Made by a program: the position numbers and the translations under genes
IMG/VR virus record: IMGVR_UViG_3300048850_000156
Coordinates: 1 to 52,811 of that record
Direction: 5' to 3' (one strand)
Length of the DNA: 52,811 nt
DNA from: a virus
Lineage: Duplodnaviria; Caudoviricetes
The notes under the pieces: model-generated
Database searches by the model: none
What the model was told of the DNA's origin: nothing
What the model saw: only the letters and a program-made list of their open reading frames with translations
Shown here: positions 17,158-25,343 of the stretch, one piece after another
Position numbering within the stretch: position 1 is the first letter of the stretch
How the letters are laid out: the number at the start of each line of letters is the position of its first letter

Positions 17158-17239
17158 CGCGGAGTGGAGAAGTGGTCATCTCGTCGGGCTCATAAGCAAA
17201 CCAGAAGATCGTCGGTTCGAATCCGACCTACCGCAACCA
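17158..17239 (+). tRNA. Degenerate tRNA-Met(CAT), initiator-like, copy 2
   Basis: Near-identical to copy 1; C1:A72 mismatch and encoded CCA; 5-nt insertion disrupts the anticodon arm; bulged A in the acceptor stem. Confidence 0.65.
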
Positions 17240-17243
17240 AATG

Positions 17244-17268
17244 GCCCCGGCGTTTTAAGTGCCGGGGC
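17244..17268. terminator. GC-rich hairpin between tRNA copy 2 and the convergent gene
   Basis: GCCCCGGC-gttttaagt-GCCGGGGC. Confidence 0.5.
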
Positions 17269-17278
17269 AACACATGGA

Positions 17279-17497
17279 TTATCGGCAAACTCGAGTTTTA
17301 CGCACTACGACCCTACCATGGTCGCGGTGCTTGACTGTTTTAACATAACAGTCGCGATGACGGTACATCGTTCGTGCCATAGGACGGTGATGGTCGACAC
17401 GCTTGACGACAACAGTGGTACTGGCGGCGAGCGACGGAGCACTCAATCCAGCTAGGGATGTGATTGTGATAGCAGCAGCAAGGAATATCTTTTTCAT
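17279..17497 (-). CDS. Small secreted His/Arg-rich protein
   Basis: Signal peptide MKKIFLAAAITITSLAGLSAPSLA; GAGGT SD; GGAAC-N19-TT promoter at 17528-17553. Confidence 0.7.
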   Translation of the reverse strand: MKKIFLAAAITITSLAGLSAPSLAASTTVVVKRVDHHRPMARTMYRHRDCYVKTVKHRDHGRVVVRKTRVCR

Positions 17498-17762
17498 TTT
17501 CTACCTCTGGTGAAGTGACGAATGAAGAACCACCCGAGGTTGACCTACGTTCCCGCATTACAAAAATTTAAGTTTTGCAAGCAGTTAGACGGTGACACGG
17601 TGAAATTCTGCATGCCGTAGCGTGGTGAATACCGGAGCGCATCGCGAGGTTCGTTGCAGGCGCCGTCCGTCCTGTCCAACGATGCATGGCCCAAGAAGGT
17701 CTTTGCACTCGTCATCCGCTCTGCGGGTGATGCCAACCAGTTCCGCTTAGTGCGGGGTTTTT

Positions 17763-18065
17763 CTATAACTTCGCGTGGTCAAGCACTTCGCTCATCTTGG
17801 CTCGCCAGTTTTCACCGGTAGCCTTAAACCGCTCAAGGGTAGCAGGATCCAGCCGCAGGGTTACTGCCTCTTTCGGTGCCTCTGACCTAGGCCGGCCGCG
17901 CGTACGCTGAATGCTGGCATACAGTTCAGGCAGGGCTTCCTTGAAGGGTTTAGCCTGGGCGATCTCTGCATCCGTCGCGTCGCTATCATCTGGATCAGCG
18001 GCGATCTGCTTCTGGATCTCGGCTTCCTCCTTATCGGGGAGAGGCTTTGTGTACTTGATGCTCAT
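17763..18065 (-). CDS. brnA: BrnA-family antitoxin
   Basis: RGRPRSEAPKEAVTLRLDPATLERFKATGENWRAKMSEVL. Confidence 0.88.
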   Translation of the reverse strand: MSIKYTKPLPDKEEAEIQKQIAADPDDSDATDAEIAQAKPFKEALPELYASIQRTRGRPRSEAPKEAVTLRLDPATLERFKATGENWRAKMSEVLDHAKL

Positions 18066-18307
18066 AAGAGTGTCCTTTCCTTCTTGCTGGCACGACGCAT
18101 TGAAATGACCGAAATCGCCTCGGTGCCAAGGGGCTTGAAGATCACCGCAAGGATTTGACCACGAAACAGGCCAATGGCCTTGTAACGGCCTTCCTTGGCC
18201 GGGATTACGACCGAACCCGCGAAGAACTCAAGATCGAGATCAGCAAAGTCATAGCCCCGCTCGTTGAGGTTTTTCTGCTGCTTCGGTGGGTCGAAAGTGA
18301 TTTTCAT
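18062..18307 (-). CDS. brnT: BrnT-family ribonuclease toxin
   Basis: ITFDPPKQQKNLNERGYDF...RYKAIG...ISVISMRRASKKER. Confidence 0.88.
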   Translation of the reverse strand: MKITFDPPKQQKNLNERGYDFADLDLEFFAGSVVIPAKEGRYKAIGLFRGQILAVIFKPLGTEAISVISMRRASKKERTLL

Positions 18308-18311
18308 AGAT

Positions 18312-18384
18312 TATTCGTACACGGAAATTGATTTCGGGTCAAGAATATTCGTGTACGGAAAAGAAAATAAACGTGTACGGAAAA
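18312..18384. promoter_or_regulatory. Divergent promoter region with three CGTGTACG boxes (probable BrnA operators)
   Basis: CGTACACG (18316, inverted), CGTGTACGGAAA (18350 and 18372); minus-strand TTGACC at 18337-18342. Confidence 0.6.
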
Positions 18385-18389
18385 CCGCC

Positions 18390-18875
18390 ATGGACCTCGG
18401 TCATGCTCGCGAGATGATGGTCTACGCCGCCGATCTGCTTGGATACGAATGTCCAGATGATCTGCCCGAGATACGGGTCGAGCCCGATCTGGAATGCCTG
18501 GGGCAGATACGCTGGTCGTGGTTGCGCGCTCCGCTCATAGCACTGCGCCAGTTGCGCGACGGCAATCTGTTCGACCAGAGTGTGCTCGTGCACGAGTTGG
18601 TGCATCACATTCAACGCTGCAACGATGTCGAGATAACGGGGAACAACTTCTACCAATTCGATCCGACTGAGGTGGAAGCGATCACGGTCCAGTGCCTGTG
18701 GCTCCTGTCGGTAGGCGAGAACCCGAGAGACCATTTGTCAGAAGCCGCGATCTACAAGATGACCGGCGATCAGGAGTTCGCACAGCTCCGATGGCTCAAA
18801 GAAAAAGCCGGACTGTGTAAGTCCGGCCTAAGGGGAGCAAACCGAGGGGTCGTTGGTTTGCCGACGCCAACGTAG
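18390..18875 (+). CDS. HExxH zincin-like metallopeptidase, C-terminus possibly disrupted
   Basis: SVLVHELVHHIQ...EVEA third-ligand motif; the 3' end runs through an antisense sRNA candidate. Confidence 0.6.
   Translation: MDLGHAREMMVYAADLLGYECPDDLPEIRVEPDLECLGQIRWSWLRAPLIALRQLRDGNLFDQSVLVHELVHHIQRCNDVEITGNNFYQFDPTEVEAITVQCLWLLSVGENPRDHLSEAAIYKMTGDQEFAQLRWLKEKAGLCKSGLRGANRGVVGLPTPT
18802..18862 (-). ncRNA. Candidate short anti-SD sRNA (sRNA-A)
   Basis: TTGTAA-N16-TACGTT promoter; GGCAAACC[AACGACCCCTC]GGTTTGCT-CCCCTT-AGGCCGGACT[TACAC]AGTCCGGCTTTTT terminator. Confidence 0.5.
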
Positions 18876-19092
18876 TGCATTGTCAGCAATTTACAACCTC
18901 AGATCGCGATGTTTCGATGCACTGCGTTCTGATCCCATCCTTGTCACTCACAAGGAACACGGTCTGATGCTGGCGACATGGCAGGAGCATCGCGGCAACT
19001 ACATCGGCGTGAAAGCGACCGGTGACACGTTCATTCAGATGCTATTATCGCTCGAATCGGCGGCTTAGTTGGGCGAAAATTGTCTGACGGAC

Positions 19093-19181
19093 AAAAAACA
19101 GCCGGACTTGCGCCCGGCCGAGTGGAGGGGGAGCTAAGCGCGCCTCAATGGGAGGAAGAGGAGGAGAGTGCGCTAGCTCTT
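19093..19181 (-). ncRNA. Candidate AbcR/alpha-r15-like anti-SD sRNA (sRNA-B)
   Basis: TTGCAA-N17-TACATC promoter; GAGCTAGCGC...CCTCCTCTTCCTCCCA loop...GCGCTTAGCTC; CCCCTCC linker; GGCCGGGC[GCAA]GTCCGGCTGTTTTTT terminator. Confidence 0.65.
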
Positions 19182-19226
19182 CGATGTATGCTCCTTACGC
19201 GCACTTTGCAATGTCGTCCCTTATAG

Positions 19227-19403
19227 TCAATTGCCCTTGGCGTTTTGGGCTTCGCGGGTGAGCCGCAAGCGCTCTTTTCGAGAGAATTTTGAAGCTTCGG
19301 CTTCGGTCCTGAATTGTTTCACGACTGGGCGGCGATCTTCATCTATGGTTAGAACCCAACTGCGGACCGCTGCGTTAGTGTTCGGTTTTCGCTTAGAACT
19401 CAT
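19227..19403 (-). CDS. Small basic hypothetical protein
   Basis: 58 aa MSSKRKPNT...SWVLTIDEDRRPVVKQFRTEAEASKFSRKERLRL. Confidence 0.45.
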   Translation of the reverse strand: MSSKRKPNTNAAVRSWVLTIDEDRRPVVKQFRTEAEASKFSRKERLRLTREAQNAKGN

Positions 19404-19471
19404 CTCGACTAATCTTCTCACTTAGTTGCACTACCGGTAACCTTGTGGAATTTGATGGCAAGGGCTCAATC

Positions 19472-20101
19472 ATGTTTATGTCCCGTCCCATGCCGCCAGA
19501 AAGCATCACTTGTCTTGATGCCAGGGTAAGCTTCGCTCCGGCACCCGAACTGGTTGAGTGGTCAAGAGCGACGTTTATCGAGGATGATGGCAAGCTTTTC
19601 AACCCGGATCACTTCCACTTGCAGTCTGCCTCGATAGGCATGCTCTGGACCAATGTCAGCAACAGCCGCAAAGGACGACGCATCATTGGTCAGTGTGAAG
19701 AGGGACAACCCTCCGGCATGATGGGCAAGTGGGGCAAGGCCCGAGCCGAAATGCAGATCGTGCAATGGTTCGGCCATGTACCGGATTTCATCATTACGAT
19801 CGATGCCGACTACGCCACGACATGTTCTGATGCTGAATTCTGCGCATTGGTCGAGCATGAGCTCTATCACGCCGCACAAGAGACTGACCCGTTCGGCGCA
19901 CCGAAGTTCCGCAAGTCGACAGGCCTGCCGGCATATACCCTGAAAGGCCATGACGTCGAGGAGTTCATCGGTGTTGTCCGTCGCTATGGGGCAGATGCTT
20001 CACATGTCCGCGCACTCGTTGATGCTGCCAATGCAGGACCAGAGATCGCCAATGTCCGTATCGCTCATGCATGCGGTACCTGCCAGCTGCGTGCTGCGTA
20101 A
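19472..20101 (+). CDS. Phage putative metallopeptidase
   Basis: FCALVEHELYH...GHDVEEFIGVVRRYG, typical of the gene preceding terminase. Confidence 0.82.
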   Translation: MFMSRPMPPESITCLDARVSFAPAPELVEWSRATFIEDDGKLFNPDHFHLQSASIGMLWTNVSNSRKGRRIIGQCEEGQPSGMMGKWGKARAEMQIVQWFGHVPDFIITIDADYATTCSDAEFCALVEHELYHAAQETDPFGAPKFRKSTGLPAYTLKGHDVEEFIGVVRRYGADASHVRALVDAANAGPEIANVRIAHACGTCQLRAA

Positions 20102-20125
20102 TTCCTGACCGGAGCCTGACAAATC

Positions 20126-20587
20126 ATGGCGAAAGGAAAACTCAGTCAGCACGTGCAAACCTTCATCGTGCAGAGCCTCGCATGCTTCGACACACCTTCT
20201 GTTGTTGTCGATGCAGTCAGGAAGGAATTCGGGGAAACGATCACTCGCCAGTCGGTTGAGGGTTACGACCCGAGCAAGAAGGCGGGCAGCAAACTCGCGG
20301 AGAAGTGGAAAGCGCTGTTCGAAGAGACGCGCAAGACCTTCCTCGAGGATACGGCAACGATTGCCATTTCTCATCGCGCGGTTCGGCTCCGGGCCCTCCA
20401 GCGCATGGCAGAGAAGGCGGAGAACCAAGGAAACATGGTTCTTGCTGCCAATCTGATGGAACAGGCTGCCAAAGAAGTCGGGGACAGCTTTACGAACCGG
20501 CGCGCCCTGGTTGGCGCGGACGGTGGTGCCATAGAGGTTCGGACACTTGCAGACTTCTACGGCAACATTAAACCCGGTTCTTCGTGA
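20126..20587 (+). CDS. terS: DUF2280 protein (terminase small subunit)
   Basis: FIVQSLACFDTPS.V...YDPSK...IAISHRAVRLRALQRM...EQAAKEVG; precedes terL. Confidence 0.82.
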   Translation: MAKGKLSQHVQTFIVQSLACFDTPSVVVDAVRKEFGETITRQSVEGYDPSKKAGSKLAEKWKALFEETRKTFLEDTATIAISHRAVRLRALQRMAEKAENQGNMVLAANLMEQAAKEVGDSFTNRRALVGADGGAIEVRTLADFYGNIKPGSS

Positions 20588-21929
20588 CTTCTGGCTGACA
20601 CCGGCTCGCAACCGGGTTCTGTATGGTGGACGCTCAAGTTCGAAATCATGGGATGCTGCAGGGTTTGCAGTTTTCCTTGCCACCCAATGCAGGATCCGTG
20701 TCCTTTGTGCTCGCCAGTTCCAGAATAAGATCGCGGAATCGGTCTACACGCTGCTGAAAATCCAGATCGGGCGTTTCGGGCTCAGCAATCAGTTCATCAT
20801 TACCGAGAATTCGATCAAGCATAAGCTGACCGGCTCGGAGTTCATGTTCTACGGCCTTTGGCGCCACATTGATGAAATCAAGTCGCTCGAAGGCATCGAC
20901 ATCTGTTGGATCGAGGAAGCGCACAACCTCACGCAAGAGCAGTGGGACATCCTTGAGCCGACACTGCGCAAGGAAGGCTCCCAGTTCTGGATTATCTTCA
21001 ATCCGCGCCTGGTGACTGACTTCGTCTATCGCCGGTTCATATCGAACACGCCGCCGGACACGATCAAGAAGCAGATCAACTACGTCGACAACCCGTTCCT
21101 GTCCTCGACGATCCTCAAAGTTATCGAGGCGAAGCGGAAAGAGGATGAGGAAGAGTTTCGGCACATCTACCTGGGCGAGCCGCTCACTGACGATGATGCC
21201 GTTATCATCAAGCGTTCATGGATCCTTGCATCCGTAGATGCGCACAAGAAACTCGGTATCGAGCCGACTGGTGCCAAACGAATTGGCTTCGACGTTGCCG
21301 ACAGCGGCGATGACAAATGCGCCACCGTTGCAACGCACGGCCTCCTCACCACCCATGTCGATGAGTGGAAGGCCAAAGAGGATGAACTGCTGAAATCAGC
21401 GGGCAGGGTGCATGCCATTGCTCGAATGCTTGACGCCTCGATCGACTACGACAGCATTGGTGTTGGCGCTTTTGCCGGCGCGCATTTCCAAGCGCTCAAC
21501 CAAGAGCACAAGGTCAAGATACCGTATTTCAGGTTCAATGCCGGCGGCGCAGTTCTCAATCCGGAGCGTCGTATCGATCCGAAGGATCCGAAGTCGCCCC
21601 CGAACAAGGATTTCTACGCCAACATCAAAGCGCAATCGTGGTGGGAGGTTTCCCGCCGGTTCCGCAATACCTTCAATGCAGTAGAAAAGGGCGAGCACTT
21701 CCAACCGGACGATCTGATCGCGATCTCCAGCGAGTGCGATCACCTCGACAAGCTCATCGATGAGCTTTCGACGCCTCGCAAGGACTACGACAACAGCGGC
21801 AAATCAAAGGTGGAGAGCAAGAAGGATCTGGATAAGCGGGATATCCCGTCTCCGAACCTTGCCGACGCATTTGTAATGGCCAACGGGCCTCGTACTTCGC
21901 ACACTTTCACGCTCGCACACATCAGTTAG
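20547..21929 (+). CDS. terL: PBSX-family terminase large subunit
   Basis: Walker A YGGRSSSKS, Walker B CWIEEA, FNP, nuclease GFDVAD...SPNLADA. Confidence 0.95.
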   Translation: MQTSTATLNPVLRDFWLTPARNRVLYGGRSSSKSWDAAGFAVFLATQCRIRVLCARQFQNKIAESVYTLLKIQIGRFGLSNQFIITENSIKHKLTGSEFMFYGLWRHIDEIKSLEGIDICWIEEAHNLTQEQWDILEPTLRKEGSQFWIIFNPRLVTDFVYRRFISNTPPDTIKKQINYVDNPFLSSTILKVIEAKRKEDEEEFRHIYLGEPLTDDDAVIIKRSWILASVDAHKKLGIEPTGAKRIGFDVADSGDDKCATVATHGLLTTHVDEWKAKEDELLKSAGRVHAIARMLDASIDYDSIGVGAFAGAHFQALNQEHKVKIPYFRFNAGGAVLNPERRIDPKDPKSPPNKDFYANIKAQSWWEVSRRFRNTFNAVEKGEHFQPDDLIAISSECDHLDKLIDELSTPRKDYDNSGKSKVESKKDLDKRDIPSPNLADAFVMANGPRTSHTFTLAHIS

Positions 21930-21936
21930 GACCGTC

Positions 21937-23304
21937 ATGGGAAATGTGATCACTATGGCTCGCGATAGCCTGGTCAGCTTTGTTTCCCGGCTTGGCACCG
22001 AGCGCGACAAGGCGGCGACTGTTTTCTATACGCAGCCCGTACTAACTGATGACCAGATCGTTGCTGCGTATCGTGGCTCGTGGTTGCCACGGAAGATCAT
22101 CGACATTCCAGCGCTCGATAGCTGCCGCAAGTGGCGCGACTGGCAGGCTGATGACAAGGTCATCGAACTGATCGAAAAGGAAGAAAAGCGGCTCAACGTC
22201 AAGGGCAAGATCCTGGAGGCATCGAAGAAGGGCCGATTGTTTGGTGGCGCTGCGCTTCTGATTGGAACGGGCGAAGGCGACCTTGCGCAACCCATCGACG
22301 TGGAAAAGGTCGGCAAGGGTGGCGTGAAGTATTTGACCGTCCTGACGCGCCGCCAACTTAAGGCTGGAACGATCGACCGCGATCCTGAATCCGAATGGTT
22401 CAACAAGCCCGCGAATTATTACCTGATTGGCGTGAACGGTAAGCAACTGATCATCCATCCATCGCGCCTGGTGCTGTTCAATGGCGCAATGGCACCTGAT
22501 GAAGACATCAGCGGCATGACGCAAGGCTGGGGCGAGAGCATCCTGACTGCCACTCTCGACGCAATCAAGAATGCCGACAGCACGGCCGGAAACATTGCCA
22601 GCCTCATCTTCGAAGCCAAAATCGATATCATCAAGATACCGGGCTTTACGGAGAACATCGGCAACAAGGAATACGAGAACGCCATTCTTCAGCGCTACAC
22701 GCTGGCGAACACGATCAAAGGCATTAACGGTACGCTGATCCTCGACGCCGAGGAAGAATATGAGAGCAAAAGCGCGCAACTCGTCGGTTTGACTGATATT
22801 CTGATGGCCTTCATGCAGATCGTATCAGGCGCCGCTGATATTCCGGTTACGCGTCTTCTGGGTCAGTCACCAGCCGGGATGAATGCTACGGGAACAAGCG
22901 ACATGAAGAATTACCATGATCGCATCCAGTCCATCCAGGAGCTCGAACTGACGCCAGCCATGGCACGCCTCGACGAGTGCATCATTCGCTCTGCCACCGG
23001 GACCCGGGATGAGGCGATCTATTTCGAATGGGCACCGCTTGAGCAGATGTCCGAAAAGGAACGTGCCGACATCTTCAAGACGAAGTCGGATGCAGCCCGA
23101 GCGCTGATCGGCTCAACGTCAGGGCAGGAGATCATCACTCGTGAGGCCCTGTCTGACGCCTTGGTGAATACGTTCACCGGGGATGGCAGTTTGCCCGGGC
23201 TCGATGGGTTCATTGACGAGTACGGCAAATTGGCTGAGCAAGAACCGGATGCCGCTGAAATTTCAGCAGCCATCACTCCGAACGCTAATCAGAATATCGC
23301 CTGA
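21937..23304 (+). CDS. Portal protein (DUF1073 family)
   Basis: YRGSWLPRKIIDIPALD, IHPSRL, GAADIPVTRLLGQSPAGMNATG.SD..NYHD; follows terL. Confidence 0.9.
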   Translation: MGNVITMARDSLVSFVSRLGTERDKAATVFYTQPVLTDDQIVAAYRGSWLPRKIIDIPALDSCRKWRDWQADDKVIELIEKEEKRLNVKGKILEASKKGRLFGGAALLIGTGEGDLAQPIDVEKVGKGGVKYLTVLTRRQLKAGTIDRDPESEWFNKPANYYLIGVNGKQLIIHPSRLVLFNGAMAPDEDISGMTQGWGESILTATLDAIKNADSTAGNIASLIFEAKIDIIKIPGFTENIGNKEYENAILQRYTLANTIKGINGTLILDAEEEYESKSAQLVGLTDILMAFMQIVSGAADIPVTRLLGQSPAGMNATGTSDMKNYHDRIQSIQELELTPAMARLDECIIRSATGTRDEAIYFEWAPLEQMSEKERADIFKTKSDAARALIGSTSGQEIITREALSDALVNTFTGDGSLPGLDGFIDEYGKLAEQEPDAAEISAAITPNANQNIA

Positions 23305-23678
23305 CCGGCGACATAAATGCCTCTTACGAAACCTGCTACCGAGCCAGTCACCAATGAAATACCAAGCAGCGAGACAATTATTGCCCATTTGTCGCTCGAT
23401 GGCTGGCCGCTGACCCGTTTGGAGTTGTGCACTGCGAACATCGTTTGCGCAATGTAGCCCATCATTGACGCTAAGAAAGACAAAACAACGCCGAGACAAA
23501 ACCACTTCAGAGCGTCTTGTATCATCGATGGATTCTGAACGGCATCCTTTGAGCCAAGAAAACCGATTACGGCTACCGCAGCTCCTCCATTGATAGTTAC
23601 CCCAAGGCGCACAGACTCTCGGCCAAACTCGATCGCTTGCGCAGAGTTTTGAAGTTGAAAATCAGACTCTTGTGCCAT
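23289..23678 (-). CDS. Moron: multi-TM membrane protein
   Basis: 129 aa with three hydrophobic segments (INGGAAVAVIGFLG...), antisense within the head operon. Confidence 0.65.
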   Translation of the reverse strand: MAQESDFQLQNSAQAIEFGRESVRLGVTINGGAAVAVIGFLGSKDAVQNPSMIQDALKWFCLGVVLSFLASMMGYIAQTMFAVHNSKRVSGQPSSDKWAIIVSLLGISLVTGSVAGFVRGIYVAGQAIF

Positions 23679-23728
23679 TTCACCGCTCCGTTGATGGACG
23701 AAATTGTTACCAACAAAGGGTTAAAACA

Positions 23729-24868
23729 ATGCAATTCACAGACACTGTAACCGTCGCGGGAACCCGCCGGCGCGATGACGGCTACCTTGTTGCTGACGCT
23801 CGCATCGCTCGCACGGGTATCCAGAACTATCTTGGCTGGGAAGTCGGTAAGCCCGACATGGCAGAGGTGCGGGTTTACCGGCCGGGCTCTGAGGTATTCA
23901 GCGAGGATACGCTTAAAAGCGCTGCGCATCGTCCTGTCACGAACGATCATCCTGACGGGCATGTCACCTCTAAGAACTGGAAAGAGTTTGCAATCGGCCA
24001 GACCGGCGATGAAGTCTCGGGCGAGGGCATCTTTATGCGCGTCCCGCTCATGGTCAGCGACGAGACGACCATCCTCGCCATTGAAGGCGGCAAGCAGGAA
24101 TTGAGTGCCGGTTACACCTGCGATCTCGATTGGACTGCCGGTACCACGCCAACGGGCGAGGCTTACGACGCCATTCAGAAGAATATCCGTCTCAACCATG
24201 TTGCCATCGTGCAGCACGGTCGAGCCGGTTCACAGGTTCGCATCGGTGATGCGAGCGTATGGGGCGCTGCCCCGATCACCAATGATCAGACACCAGAGAA
24301 GGAAAAGATCATGACCTTGAAGACGGTTACCGTCGATGGCATCCCGGTTGAAGTAACCGATCAGGGCGCCACGGTGATCGGCACGCTGCAGACGCGGCTT
24401 GCTGATGCCAATACCAAGCTTGCGGACGCAGAGAAGGCACACCAGAGCGCCCTCGCTGCCAAGGATGCTGAAATCGCAAAGAAGGACGCTGAGATTGACG
24501 CGACGAAAGCCAAGGTGCTTTCCGATGCCGATCTCGACAAGCGCGTCCAGACTCGCGCCGATCTGATCACTGTGGCGAAAGCAATCGCCAAGGATGTGAA
24601 GACGGAAGGCCTGACCGATGCGGCAATCCGCAAGGCTACCGTTGTTGCCAAGCTTGGCGATGAAGCAGTGAAGGATAAGGCTGAGGCCTATATCGATGCT
24701 CGCTTCGACATCCTTGCAGAAGATGCAAAGAAGGTCGCCGATCCATTCCGCACTGTTGTCCAGAACGGCATCCAGAACAACGACAGCGCGCAGAATTCCA
24801 ATGATGCCTATGCAGCTATGCTCGCTCGCGATGCAGCCGCATGGCAGGGCAAGAAGGAGTCCGCATAA
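23729..24868 (+). CDS. DUF2213 prohead protease/scaffold
   Basis: ARTGIQNY, PVTNDHP, KQELSAGY, NHVAIVQHGRAG; coiled-coil C-terminal half. Confidence 0.9.
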   Translation: MQFTDTVTVAGTRRRDDGYLVADARIARTGIQNYLGWEVGKPDMAEVRVYRPGSEVFSEDTLKSAAHRPVTNDHPDGHVTSKNWKEFAIGQTGDEVSGEGIFMRVPLMVSDETTILAIEGGKQELSAGYTCDLDWTAGTTPTGEAYDAIQKNIRLNHVAIVQHGRAGSQVRIGDASVWGAAPITNDQTPEKEKIMTLKTVTVDGIPVEVTDQGATVIGTLQTRLADANTKLADAEKAHQSALAAKDAEIAKKDAEIDATKAKVLSDADLDKRVQTRADLITVAKAIAKDVKTEGLTDAAIRKATVVAKLGDEAVKDKAEAYIDARFDILAEDAKKVADPFRTVVQNGIQNNDSAQNSNDAYAAMLARDAAAWQGKKESA

Positions 24869-25332
24869 TGGCTTTCCCAACCGTATCCTATTCGCGTGAT
24901 ACTCCGGCGGGCTATCCCGGCATGATCGCGACCACAGAACCGCATCACATCATCTCGATGATCGTCAATGCGACTTCCGGCAACATCCCTTTCGGTAGCG
25001 GCGTTCTGTTCGATACTGTCGAGGATACAGTGAAGCTCCCAACAGCGATCGGCAAGTTTGCCGGTGTTGCTGTTGTTGATCGTACGCTGCCCTTTGCAAA
25101 TGGCGAGGTCTACAAGCCTTCCGATCAGATCAGCGTCATGAAGAATGGCTCTATCTGGGTTACTGCGCTCGTCGCCGTTGCTCAGGGCGATCCGGTCTAC
25201 ATGACCCCGACCGGCGGCTTCACCAACGTTGCGAACGCAGCTGCCAACCAACTCATTGAAAATGCCGAATGGGCAAGCGTCACGTCTGGTGTCAACCAGC
25301 TTGCACGTCTTCGCCTTGGCGTCACGAAGTAA
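24868..25332 (+). CDS. Head decoration/cement protein
   Basis: GYPGMIA...IPFG...GSIWV...GDPVY; lies between the protease and capsid genes. Confidence 0.78.
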   Translation: MAFPTVSYSRDTPAGYPGMIATTEPHHIISMIVNATSGNIPFGSGVLFDTVEDTVKLPTAIGKFAGVAVVDRTLPFANGEVYKPSDQISVMKNGSIWVTALVAVAQGDPVYMTPTGGFTNVANAAANQLIENAEWASVTSGVNQLARLRLGVTK

Positions 25333-25343
25333 GGAAAACGAGA

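Noticed and set aside
21937-23304. Anti-CBASS (Acb1) label sometimes attached to DUF1073 proteins
   Set aside because: Size, motifs and position after terL indicate a portal protein; no 2H-phosphoesterase HxT/S pair recognised.
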